Source of the DNA: Zancudomyces culisetae HAW-14-8
Taxonomy: Eukaryota > Fungi > Kickxellomycota
Assembly (NCBI GenBank): GCA_052426225.1
Contig: JBNJNM010000010.1
Span: 1 to 64,000 of the forward strand
DNA length: 64,000 bases
Reading direction: 5' to 3'
Shown: in pieces, positions 48,151 to 59,909 of the stretch
Layout of the letters: each line of letters begins with the position of its first letter
How positions within the stretch are numbered: position 1 is the stretch's first letter
Program-made: the position numbers and the translations under genes
Notes under the pieces: generated by a model
The model's input: only the letters and a program-made list of their open reading frames with translations
Database searches by the model: none
What the model was told of the DNA's origin: nothing

Positions 48151-49023
48151 CAGGTTTCGAGTAAAAGAAAAGTCCAATCATTTAGAAAATTTCTGGCGCT
48201 AATAGTGAAAATCTATAGTCCATTTTTTTTATTTACTTCAACTATTGATGCTAAACTGGGAAATTCAGTGTCACGCGAACGCATGTATATGTCTAATGCT
48301 TTTTAATTTTTGATTTTTTTTATAGTATACATGATTCACTCAATTAAATTGAAAAAAAATCGCACTTAACAAACAAGGAAAAAAAAACATAACAGAGGAA
48401 AATCGCCGCACTGTCATTCATTCTGGCCTCACAAGCAGATGTAAAAAGCAAAAAAAATCGAAAAAAACAATGGGATTTCTTCTCGAGCTTTGTAATGACT
48501 CCCTGTAGGAGCATAACAGCAAATGTAAATCCTAAAAACCATACGACTGTTTAAAGTTGGCTCTCTATTTAAGTAATCTATGTTGAAGAAATCAAATTGC
48601 TTAAGACCCTGAGCTATTTGATTTTATTTTCTAACATTTTTTTGTTTTGTGTAACGTAAACCCATGAAAGAGGGCTGTCAATTCCTCGTAAAAAGTAAAT
48701 GGCTCTTAGATGATTGACTTGTGTGGTTTGCTTATTAAAAATAAAGACCCTTTTGATTTTTCAAAAAATGGGTACAAATAAGAAAAATGCAATTGAACTA
48801 ATGTGGTAATAACATTAAACTTGCAAGTAGATCAGACTTGTCGGAAGCTATGGCTCTGTTTATAGGTTTGTACCCGAATATCTTTACTTCTTTTTTATTA
48901 TTTCTATTTACGTTCAATTTTCCCTTTAAAACTTACTAACTCTATCCTTCAAAATGCTAACTAACCTAATGTTAATTTATTCTCATCTTAGGATCGCCCT
49001 AATGCTAGTAATCCCCAAAATAA

Positions 49024-49055
49024 CACAACAACAACAACAACAACAATAATAATAA
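49024..49055 (+). repeat. (CAA)n(TAA)n microsatellite
   Basis: Direct reading. Confidence 0.7.
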
Positions 49056-50209
49056 TTAAAAATAATCCTAATCCCCTCTTCCATCCTTCCCGTCCCCTGC
49101 CTTCTATATGTGTAAAACTTATATATGAACAGTTTGTATAAAAACTACAATAGACTATTTAGGCACGACTGGACATAAAACTAGGGGTATTTGCTGAATG
49201 TTTATAATCTCACATTCACAAGATTCACCTTACTGCTAGCCAAAAAAAAATAATCAGAGTATAGAATAGTGCGTCGAAATCGGCGAAAAGGGCAGAAACA
49301 GACAATGTAATACTTGAAAATAGGTGTAGATCATCATGTAAAAGTACATAACCAGTCATCCAGGGGGGGATCTACAGAAAAGGAGTCTAGAACTAAAAAG
49401 GTGAGCTTCGAGGGTTTGGTTCTAATCAGGACACGTACATGTGTATATGGTATACACGCCATTTATTCAGTTAACAAGCTGCATACACATACCTAGATAT
49501 TTGACAGTATTCAAACAAACAGACAAAAAAACACATACACACAGAGTTGCTATAAGTGTTTATCCGATTCATACCATGTGCATTACTAGTGTCCATAAAG
49601 TGTGTTAATATGATGCTTTTATTTCAGTCAAATTTAGGTGTACAGCTTTAAATACTTGCCTAAATTTTTCTTTGTACCAGCTCGCTCATTACAGAGTGAG
49701 CTGATGAGTTTAGATAGCTAGTTAGCAAAACCAAACGCATAGAGCCAAAAATAGCAAGTAATTGAACATCTTCGAGCGCCTTAAAGTGAATATTACCGAT
49801 GTATTTGTTATTGTTTAGTTGGTATACTCTTAATTAACTATGAAAAGGCAACGATTTCTATTTATTTACACTAGTTTGTTTAGCTATGAATCTTCCAAAA
49901 GTCGAGAGAAATATGATACAGATAAAAAAACCCGCAGAAATAATGAAGGCAGAACAGCCTCAATATGATTCTGCGATAATAGAATATTGAGCACAAGTAT
50001 TCAGCAATTTTATATGTATATAGTAAAATTCAATACAAGAATTGTAGCTCATTGCTTGCAAATACTGAAAATATAAAAAAACCATCTAGTATATTTATTA
50101 AATACCTAGTGGAATATCTAGACCATAAACGTCAGCAGAAAATACGTAATGAGTGGCGGTGATATCAAGCGTACATCCGTAACCTTAGCGGGCAGCTCGG
50201 ATAAATCTA

Positions 50210-51490
50210 TTAGCCCTTTTGAGCTATAAATGCCGTCACTGATCTCCCATCATCAAGGAGTTCGATGGAGTCCAACAATATTGTATAGTTCAGCGCCGAC
50301 CAGTACTTTTTGAGTTCATCACTTTGTAATACATGAGATCCAGAAGGTTTGGTGTATTTAGGAATTCCTTCACCAGCAACAAATGTACTGATGAAAATCA
50401 AACCATTCTTTGAAAGCAGTTTATGGTAGTGAGAAAACACTTTGCGGTTTAAATATCGTACATTAAGAATCAAGTCAAAAAACCCATTACTAGAGTTCAG
50501 CTCTTCGACTGCCTCGGGACCAACATGAAACTTTAGAGTAGAAGAAATATAAGAATCTGAATGTTGGCATCCACCAATGTTTAGACCATAGCTGTTTCGC
50601 AACCTATTTACGGGTACAAAAACCCCATCACCGTTAACTCTAGCGTGATATAGCTGTATTTTAGACGAAATGTGAGCTCTTTCTGACAGGTTTCTCACTC
50701 TATCCAAGCAATAGTCCAGGTAGTCTATCCCATATGGGGTCCATTCTAGTTTAACCAAATTCTTTTTATCAGAACGTGGTAAAACGGATGAGTTTCTCAA
50801 ACCCAAATAAATCATATCCCTACCACTCCCACATCCAACATCTAGGACCTTGAGGTTCAAAATTTGAGTGGTTGTATGCTTAGCTCCTGCATCGCCAGCA
50901 ATGTTAGTTTTTTTCAGAGCGTGATCCTCACAATTTAAATAGATACTTTTAAACAAGGTATCTTCAATCAGCTTGATATTTTTACCGAGTTGCGGGCACG
51001 GGGAAAATATAATGTTGTACTCTTTTCCCGTGGTCAATTGGCATTGATATATGTTGCTTTTTAAATGATTCTCACCAATTCCAGTCCATCTCACAACACC
51101 CTTGACATTCCATCCCTTTTTTAATAGCACCAAAATAGCACCACGTACACATTTTGGAATAAATGAATCGGACAAAGAGTGGATTTCTGCGCTGCAAGCA
51201 ACTAATTTTTCATTGTGAGTTGTTTTTACAATGTCAATGTTCGTATTATCGAGTATTCGTGCATCGGTGACCACAAATAAATCTGTTGTTTTTGGAGGGA
51301 ATTCAAAGAGTCGCTCACAAACCTCTTTTACTCTTACATTCAAGCTACTTTTTATATGTGACTCTATAAATTCCGACTCTGGTCTTAAATCCACTATTTT
51401 AGCATTTGTTTTTCCCCCCTCAGTGCTTTTTTTATTTTGCTGTAGATTTTCAAGAAATTCTTTAAGATTATAGATTGGTATGGAATTCAT
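50210..51490 (-). CDS. Rhodanese-like domain fused to class I SAM methyltransferase (TehB-like)
   Basis: N-terminal IVDLRPESEFIESHIKSSLNV (rhodanese signature); VLDVGCGSGRD motif I, FDLILNVRYLNR, LSKNGLIFISTF, VLQSDELKKYW. Confidence 0.8.
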   Translation of the reverse strand: MNSIPIYNLKEFLENLQQNKKSTEGGKTNAKIVDLRPESEFIESHIKSSLNVRVKEVCERLFEFPPKTTDLFVVTDARILDNTNIDIVKTTHNEKLVACSAEIHSLSDSFIPKCVRGAILVLLKKGWNVKGVVRWTGIGENHLKSNIYQCQLTTGKEYNIIFSPCPQLGKNIKLIEDTLFKSIYLNCEDHALKKTNIAGDAGAKHTTTQILNLKVLDVGCGSGRDMIYLGLRNSSVLPRSDKKNLVKLEWTPYGIDYLDYCLDRVRNLSERAHISSKIQLYHARVNGDGVFVPVNRLRNSYGLNIGGCQHSDSYISSTLKFHVGPEAVEELNSSNGFFDLILNVRYLNRKVFSHYHKLLSKNGLIFISTFVAGEGIPKYTKPSGSHVLQSDELKKYWSALNYTILLDSIELLDDGRSVTAFIAQKG

Positions 51491-51743
51491 CGCAGTAGCT
51501 AATCATTATTAACTTTGTTTCCAAATATAAATATTGGGATTGATGTTGAATAGAATAATTGAGTGATCAAAAAAAAGCAATAATACCAATAAAGCGGGTT
51601 AGGATTTTTTTAATTCATTTTATATACACTTTTCGTTTAATTTGATTGACCAAGAAAAATAGCATATGGAAATACATAGCCTAGAAAAGTGCTATTAATA
51701 ATAATAAAACTTTTACCAGTAAAGTAAAGGTAGAATTACAAAA

Positions 51744-53912
51744 ATGAAGAATTTCCCAACGCGTGACGAACTAAAAACGGATAACCGAGTTAGATTCGAT
51801 AAAGAGTCGGAGAAGTATGTATTTTATGACCCAACGGACGAGATTGAGTATGAATTTGACCCTAGCAATGGCGCCTGGTACCCAAGAGTAAGTGCTATAA
51901 CTTTTTAAATTGTATCTGTTTAATCTGCGCTACATTACATGAAGACTCGATTTTTGATTTATTATTTTTCCAGTTCAAATTATACGTTTCGATCCAAAAT
52001 TCATTAACTGAAAAAGTTATCAAAAGGGAAAAACGAAAGGAAAAAACTGAAAATTGGAATTTAGGAATTTTACACAAGAATCAGAGAAGGATATATCATA
52101 AAATTCTAGAACCATATGAAATAATTAAATAGTGGAATGAAAAACTAGTTATTGAGCAACAGTCCGCATACTCAAAAGTTTGTGTCGAGGATGATAAAAA
52201 GATTGAATCCAGGAAGCGTGGTGTAGATGTAAAATATTCTCTGATTGAACTTTACTTTTATTTTTTTATGTACACGAATAATAACACATATATGTTTAAA
52301 TAACTACTATATATGTTAAAATTTATAAAGGATGTTAATGAGAGAACAAAAACCAAAAAAAGAAGCAACACAAGCGTTTATATCACCGGATTGCCTCTGG
52401 ATACTACGGAGCAAGAGGTGGAGGAATATTTTAAAAAGTGCGGAACCATAATGCCGGATATTGTAACGGGTAACAGGAATAGTATTACTAAAGATATATT
52501 ATTTACACATTCTTTAAATCGTAGACAGTGTAAAGATCTAGCATTGTCCTTATTTGTGTGCGCAAATTAATTTAAGCTTCTGGGCTGATAATAGGAAAGC
52601 CACGGATAAAATTGTACCAAGATGATAAGGGGATCCTTAAAGGCGACGGGACAGTAATGTATTATAAGGAACCATCTGTGCAATTGGCGATTGATATTCT
52701 CGATGATAGCCAGTTTAGAATGAACGAGCCCGGCAGAATTCACGTACAACAGGTATGATTGATAGCTACTAAAAAGTTTTATTTTTTATTTTTTGCGTTT
52801 TTTGTAAATTAGTATTAATAGACAACACTATCTAAAATAAATGGAAAAGGCTACCTTTAAGGAAAAGCCACACGGCGACAATAATTTGGTTAAAAAAAGC
52901 AAAGTGGATCCGAGCTTGGTTAAAAAGCGATTCCAACAACTCGAAAAGTAAGTTGCATGTAGTGATTACATAGGATTAAACCGGGTTTAGCCTTTTTTTT
53001 TGTTTTACTTTTTCTTATTATTTTGGAGCTCTGAATAGCGTAGCGCTCTATTCGATTTAACTATTAAATTTGACCGATTAACAAAACAAAATAGAAAGCA
53101 TGACTGGGAAGACGAGATTTCTGTAGTTTCTGAAAAATATCAACGAATAGTGGTTCTTAAGGGGATGTTTACACAGCAGGAGATCAAGGTAAGAGCTGTG
53201 TTTATTTATTTATTTTTGTTTCGTACACTTTTATCCGCAGCTTAAGATCCACTTTTTATTTTGGAGATTATTTCTTTAAAAAATAAATAAATTTAATAGG
53301 ATGATGTAACCCTATTGATCGACTTGAAGGAGGATATACGGGAAGAGTGCGAAAAGGTTGGCGAAGTCACTAGCATCAAAATACTGGAGGTATTTGTTTT
53401 TTTTGTATTTTTTTGATGGGTGCCTTTGTTTTTGTGCAAAAACGTCTCCACAGATTTATGATTTAAATGTGTCTTTTTGTTTACCCTGTGTATAATGGGA
53501 AGTAGGATTCGCCGGAGGGAGTGGTTACGGTGAAATATAAGGACGCAATCGGTGCACAAGCTGCTGTCGAGGTACGTTTTTAATAGAGACGTATTTATTG
53601 CTATGTCACTTTGCTTGTGTTTATTTATATGAACATCGAAGGCTCTATATCTTGATTATTTTTTTTACACATCTTAACAATATATGCACAAACACATAGC
53701 TACTAAATGGTCGGTTCTTTGCCGGGAGACAAATCGAAGCCACTATCAGTACAGGAAAAGTTAAGACAAAACACGACATTCCTGCAGATAGTGTAACGGG
53801 TACTCAAGACGAAGGCGATCCAAGATCATCTAAACCTACTGTCAAGCCTAGTAAAGAGGGGGAAGAAGCCGCAAGGCTTGCAGACTATGCCAAATGGCTT
53901 GAAGGGGAATAG
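51744..53912 (+). CDS. CUS2: U2 snRNP-associated RRM protein TAT-SF1/CUS2/HTATSF1 homolog (about 9 exons)
   Basis: Spliced segments NTSVYITGLPLDTT..EVEEYFKKCG.I..D, KPRIKLYQD..G.LKGDG...YYKEPSV, VVLKGMFT, DLKEDIREECEKVGEV, PEGVVTVKY, LNGRFFAGRQIEA, RLADYAKWLE. Confidence 0.88.
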
Positions 53913-54998
53913 TTTTTTTTCGGTCTTTTTTTTTTCCTTTTTCTTACATGTAAGATGCTGTTTTATATTTTGTTCTTATTTTATTTTATTTTGATCCAAC
54001 CAATCTATAATTCCCGTTATGAATCGTATTGCGAATTGACTGTTTGTAATTAGACATCAATTTAGCGCAAAAAAAAATGCTAGAAACCAGTTGTCCAAGT
54101 GACTAACTACCACACCCTCTTAGCAAATAGTTTAATTAGGGTGAGGTTGTGTTTAAAGTATGGAATTTTTTTTTAGCTGGCTTTTTTTATTTTAGAAACT
54201 AGTTTAATGAGTTTCCTCCAAATAACCCCTATCAGTGTTTTTTTTTGGTGGTTTGTAATTAGCAGTTTGTAGTTAGTAATTTACGAAATGAAAAAAAGAT
54301 GGTGCACAGGCTAAATTAATGAGAATGTATGAGGAAAAAACGTAGTATTCCAAAACTTATAACACAAGTAGAGTTGCACCAGACAGTTAAGTTTAACTGC
54401 AAGTAGAGAGGGTTATAGTTGAACATAAAAATGAGCCATTTTTCATTCTAGAATATGAATTTTACTATTATAAAAATTCTGTAAACTAAATACCTCCGCG
54501 TACACTATAAAGAATAAAAAGATCTACTCAAATCTGAGAGGGGATAACAAAAAGAGGGGGGGGTGAGCAAACGGGTATTACTTTTGGCTATGAAAAGGGG
54601 AGGGGAAGGGGGGAGAGGGTTAGGTGATATTCTGGAGTTGACTCCACATTCGCTTTTATTCACAAGTTCCCTATTTGATGTGTTTTCATTCGCCATAAAC
54701 TATGGCCCTTTTATATGGAAAAAAAAAAGACTGTGATTTATTACCAAAAAACATAGTTACGTAAAATCATCATGGCGAGTCTTTTCACCTGTAACCAAAT
54801 CGTTGGTGATTCAGAAAATGCATTTAACTTGAAACTAAAACAAATATCGATAAGAGCTCAAAATCCACTTTTAAAATTTCTAAAAAAAATTTTTATTCAC
54901 GTCTGGCCCTTTCAAATTAATTTGTATATAAAAGGTGGAACAAACAGATAATAAGGGAACTTGTGGAAAGTATACAGTAAAATTAGCAAGAAATAAAA

Positions 54999-56300
54999 AT
55001 GGCAGCAAGAAATATTGTAAAATCAGTAGCACGCAGCGTAGCACCAGCTCTTTCACGTGCAACCCCAAGAGTTGGCGGAGCATTTGCCCCATTGGCAACA
55101 TCAATGTTGAAGACAAACAGCTCTTTCAGCAAGATCCAAGCTCGCGGAATCAAGTCACTAAACTTTGGAGGATCTGAAGAGACTGTGTATGAGCGCTCAG
55201 ATGTACCATTACCAAAACTCCAAGAATTCTTCAAAAATGACACTCTGGCTGTTTTGGGATATGGTCCTCAAGGTCGTGGTCAAAGCTTGAACATGAAAGA
55301 CAACGGATTGAATGTAGTTATTGGTGTAAGAAAGGACGGACGTAGCTGGAAGAAGGCCATTGAAGATGGTTGGGTTCCAGGAAAAACCCTGTTCTCAATT
55401 GAAGAGGCTGCTGACAAGGGCACTTACATAATGAACTTGTTGTCAGATGCTGCCCAGCGTGACCTGTGGGCCCAGATTAAACCATATGTCACTGCCGGAA
55501 AGACTTTGTACTTTAGTCACGGATTTGCCATCACATACAAGGATTTGACCCAAGTTGTACCTCCTTCAGGTGTTGACGTTATCCTTTGTGCACCAAAAGG
55601 GTAAGCGTTTATTATTTTTTCTAATACTATTCTAAAGTCTTTATTAAGTATTTTATGTGAGTATAAAAACTAAACTTGACTTGTGAATATCTTAAATAGA
55701 TCAGGTACTACTCTACGTAGCCTGTTTGTAAACGGAAAGGGACTCAACTCATCTATCGCCATCTTCCAGGATGCCTCAGGTGCTGCCAAAGAGAAGGCAA
55801 TCAACTTGGGTGTTGGTATTGGTTCCGGATACCTGTATGAAACAACTTTCCAGAAAGAAGTGTACTCCGACTTGTTTGGAGAGCGTGGTGTATTGATGGG
55901 TGCCATTGCTGGTCTATTTAGAGCCCAATACCAAGTTCTCCGTGAGAACGGACACACCCCATCTGAAGCCTTCAACGAAACCGTTGAGGAGGCCACACAA
56001 TCACTTATCCCTTTGATTGGTGAAAACGGTATGGATTGGATGTACGCAAACTGCTCAGTAACAGCTCAACGTGGTGCCCTGGACTGGCAACCTAAATTCT
56101 ACGAAGCATCTATGCCAGTATTCAGAGAATTGTATGCTTCTGTTGTCGATGGATCCGAGGCCAAACGTGCTCTGGATAAGAATTCCATGTCAGACTACAG
56201 AGAATCACTTGAGGTTGAGCTCAAAGAAATAAGAGATGAGGAAATCTGGCGTGCTGGAAAGACCGTCCGCGCTCTTCGCCCAGAGAACGCCGGAAAATAA
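54999..56300 (+). CDS. ILV5: Mitochondrial ketol-acid reductoisomerase (intron 55601-55699)
   Basis: Mitochondrial presequence, LGYGPQGRGQ, LLSDAAQ, LYFSHGF, APKGSG across the intron, SDLFGERGVLMG, AFNETVEEATQSL, CSVTAQRGALDW. Confidence 0.97.
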
Positions 56301-56490
56301 ACTAATATACCTTATTCTTTTGTTATGGTATTTTTTTTTTCGTTTGCATTCTCCTTTATTTAAAAATTTGTTATTTTATTTGTCATCTGAAAAATATTCC
56401 ATATTTCAATAAAGTACAGAATCATAGATAATCTTTAAAAATGTATAATCAAAACTAAAAAGGGGGAAGGTGGGCCTTATTTATTGCTTA

Positions 56491-58824
56491 TTACTTGGAG
56501 ATGGTAAATGTTCCAGCTACGTTTCCATCAATGATTATTTGATAGACTGTCGTGACGCTTTTGGGAGTTTGTGAAGCTTTTTCTGCGCTTGTTTTGATGA
56601 CTTCAAGAAGCTCGTTCATTGGAATGATTATCTGGTTAACTACATCGACACCACCACCAAGAGCCTGCTCAACATATCCTATAGATTCGTTTTGTCCATT
56701 TATCACAGTTGAGATAGGCTGTGGCTGAAGGTTATTCACAGAAATTATTACGGATGGGTTGACAGCTGCTGATTGTCCTAGAGTTGTGGAAGTAGTTATT
56801 TCGTTTTGATCTGCACCAACACCTGACGGGGTAATGGCGGCATTTGTGGTTGTAGAGACAGGTGGTAAGGCGATAGTAGAAGTAGTAGAAACAGTAGAAG
56901 AAACTGGACCGGCAGAGGAAGCAGGAACGGTAGAGATACCGGATGGTGACAAACTGGCACTTGCAGTAGTACTGCTCAAAGATGTGGGTGCCGTTGGTGG
57001 TGTTTGCTCAAGCAGCTGTGACAATGGAAGTGTATTCCCGTTAATAGAAAGGATAATGTCATTTCCTGTCATAATTTGCTCCAGTGGTATATTCTCGTTG
57101 AGGATATTGGTTAACGGCTGGGAAGTTCCATTATAAATAACCAGGACAGGACTATTCTCTTGGGAAGATGGTCCTGCAGCACGAATAACTGAATTCAAAA
57201 CTTCTGTAAGTGGAACTTGTTCGCCGTTTGCCTCTACACTGACCTCGCTTATTCTCAAAACTTGGATCTCGGCTGGAATCTGCGAAGTGGTGTTTTGTGA
57301 TGGTTGTGACGTCTGGACATTTGTTGGTTCGATGAGCATACTTTCAGTTTCTTCAAAAATAGCAGTTTCTTGTGGCAAGTTTTGAGTTGCAGCAATTACA
57401 AAAACTTGTGGCTGGATTGTTGTCATTACAACCTGTGCCTGGTTTTGGGGTTGAGTTTGGATTTGAGTTTCAAGTTGGGTTTCAAATTGGGTTGCAATTT
57501 GGGTTTCAACCTGAGTTTCAACCTGGGTCTCGATCTGGGTTTCAACCTCGGTCTGAGTCTGGGTCTGGGTCTCAACCTGGGTCTCAACCTGGGTCTGGAT
57601 CTGAGTCTGAGTCTGAGTCTGAGTCTGAGTCTGGGTTATGGGTTCGAGTTGTGGGACTGCTACAGTGGCGTTATTTACTGTTTGTTCAATGGCTCTTATT
57701 ACTGCTAATCTTAACTGATCACTGATTTCTTGAACAGCTGGGATTTCTGGTATGGGGGTGGTTTCAGGGGCCTGTGTTGATGGTGGAACAATGACAGTTC
57801 CTAGTATAGCACTTGATTGTGAACTAGGCATCGTAGTAGATGTAGTTGAAACCTCGTTTGTAATTTCTGGCTGTGGTGGAGGCATTTGTGACCCAGATCC
57901 TGAAATAACCAACGTATTCAGATTTGTGCTTTGTGGATGTGCTTGAACGCTTTCTTGCTCGCTTACTAAAACTTGTTGAGCGGATGGAACCTGGAGAGTT
58001 TCAGTAGTGGTAACATTAAGTGGGTATTGTGTAGTGGGTGTCGTGGTCAAAAACAAAGACGGTGATGCGGCCGAGGGCGAAGTTGATGGTGAGGCTGAGG
58101 ATATTTCCATATTTGCTGCACTCAAGGTAGGCGTATTTGTAGTTGTAGTTGTAGGGTATGCGGATGTTGACATCACTACTTCTGTTGGTGCACCTATTGG
58201 CTGAACTTCCTCAGAATTTTGTTCAATACATTCTAGAAGAGCGTTTGTTCCACTTGATGCATTACTGCTTCCTCCTGCAATTGAAACACCCGAAACACCT
58301 ATATTTCCACTTTGTGAAGTCTGTACAGTCGAAATAGAAACACGTCCCGGTGTTGCGTTTGTGTTTAAAGCTTGGTTTCCAACAGCTTGATAAATAAAGT
58401 CGGTGTTTTGTTGTCCAGCAGGTAAACCCAGATCGCCATAATAGCCACAGTATACAGCATTTTCAAAGTTTTTTACACAGTATGTATTTTGAGGACATTT
58501 AAGACCTAAAAGCTGTCCATTTACACACCACCTAATGGTATTTGATGTTCCGTTTGAACCATCACAATAATAATAACCATGAGGACTATTTCCACATCCT
58601 TCAAACCCCCCTGTTGAGGCATTTCTATGATCGCATATAACCCCATCGCTGGTGCCTCTACACATTGTTCCAACAGGGCACGTAAGAGTTTGGTATTCGC
58701 TCCCAGCAGTACACATTTTGAAGTTTTGCCTTAGTGGATCGGTGGAGTCACAGGTCATGGTACCAGGAACACAACCTTGTGCACAGGTGTACGAAAGAAG
58801 TAAAAGAGTTATAGATACCTTCAT
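56491..58824 (-). CDS. Secreted mucin-like Ser/Thr/Gln-rich protein with two N-terminal Cys-rich CBM19-like modules
   Basis: Signal peptide. C.PG...C...F.MC..G......CP.GT.C and YC......IRWC.NG......CP.NT.C repeats, then about 600 aa rich in T/S/Q/P. Confidence 0.8.
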   Translation of the reverse strand: MKVSITLLLLSYTCAQGCVPGTMTCDSTDPLRQNFKMCTAGSEYQTLTCPVGTMCRGTSDGVICDHRNASTGGFEGCGNSPHGYYYCDGSNGTSNTIRWCVNGQLLGLKCPQNTYCVKNFENAVYCGYYGDLGLPAGQQNTDFIYQAVGNQALNTNATPGRVSISTVQTSQSGNIGVSGVSIAGGSSNASSGTNALLECIEQNSEEVQPIGAPTEVVMSTSAYPTTTTTNTPTLSAANMEISSASPSTSPSAASPSLFLTTTPTTQYPLNVTTTETLQVPSAQQVLVSEQESVQAHPQSTNLNTLVISGSGSQMPPPQPEITNEVSTTSTTMPSSQSSAILGTVIVPPSTQAPETTPIPEIPAVQEISDQLRLAVIRAIEQTVNNATVAVPQLEPITQTQTQTQTQTQIQTQVETQVETQTQTQTEVETQIETQVETQVETQIATQFETQLETQIQTQPQNQAQVVMTTIQPQVFVIAATQNLPQETAIFEETESMLIEPTNVQTSQPSQNTTSQIPAEIQVLRISEVSVEANGEQVPLTEVLNSVIRAAGPSSQENSPVLVIYNGTSQPLTNILNENIPLEQIMTGNDIILSINGNTLPLSQLLEQTPPTAPTSLSSTTASASLSPSGISTVPASSAGPVSSTVSTTSTIALPPVSTTTNAAITPSGVGADQNEITTSTTLGQSAAVNPSVIISVNNLQPQPISTVINGQNESIGYVEQALGGGVDVVNQIIIPMNELLEVIKTSAEKASQTPKSVTTVYQIIIDGNVAGTFTISK
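57455..57637 (-). repeat. Coding 6/12-bp tandem repeat encoding (TQ)n and (TQVE)n
   Basis: (ACTCAG)n and ACCCAGGTTGAG units. Confidence 0.85.
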
Positions 58825-59811
58825 TCTGATTTTTTTTTGATTGAGCCTGGGCAGTTAAAAATATAGGCAGATTAGTGCGATTTTTAATAGTATTTCAATA
58901 ACTTTTGCTTTCTAGTTTATATACCGAAGCTATAATATCAATCTAAGTAGAAGAGCCAATGGACCGAATAGTAAATTTCAAATATTTTATCCTTTTGAGG
59001 CAAGGTTTTTCTTGTTTCTTACTTCTAAAAGTACTAGTCAGAGTTACTATTGATTAAGTGTGGTGAGGAAATACCGTAACTAGTTGATATTGAAACCATT
59101 TCCATGAAAGATGTCCACTATTTATATCTTTTTGTGGTAAACATGTCTTAAACACTCTCTAAACTACATTAGCTGTGTATCAACCATTAAAGCCCAACTT
59201 TTGCTAAATCAATAGCGCACCAAAAGCAATAGTCAATGCCAGCAATATGAAAGATTAAGTTTTAATTAAACTTTAATAAATGTAACTGTTTTTTTATTGT
59301 AAGCCTGGATTCCTTTGCATGGTTGGTAAAGGTGTGGCACTAATTTTGGAATGATTATTGCTACTAGGTTCTAATATCAAGGTGTCATTAACTTGTGGTT
59401 TGATCAACGATGTCAAAAAATAAAATAAACCAGTCTTATACTTATTACACTCTTCGAAGGTTGTTGTGCACACGAATCGCAGATTCCCACATTTCCCTGC
59501 CTTTTTTGCTTTTGGTTATATTATAGCACCCAGAATTAACGTAAAATAGCATCACTTCATTGACTAGCGTAGAAATGTCATGCTATAAAACTTAAAGCGA
59601 AAACCATGAGAATAAAAAAATACCTTTGTACACGCAATCAATATTACACTCTATCGGACCTTAGGGTTCATTTGCATGAAATACGGTGAACAAAATTCTC
59701 ATTTAATTTTAAAAATTGTGGTAACCAAATTAATATACTGAAAGTTAATTAAATACATTGGCCTAATATATTTATACAAAGCGAAGCGTAAGGCCAATAT
59801 AGCCATTCATC

Positions 59812-59845
<34 letters not shown>
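59812..59845 (+). repeat. (CA)n(TA)n microsatellite
   Basis: Direct reading. Confidence 0.85.
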
Positions 59846-59909
59846 CGTGAAAATATCTACAGTAGTAGGAATGACATGTAAAAAAAAAATAAGAGCAGGA
59901 TAGAAAGAC

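Noticed and set aside
57370-57725. Plus-strand ORFs with LSLSLS / SESESE / QPGS repeats
   Set aside because: Antisense readings of the TQ-repeat tract of the mucin gene.
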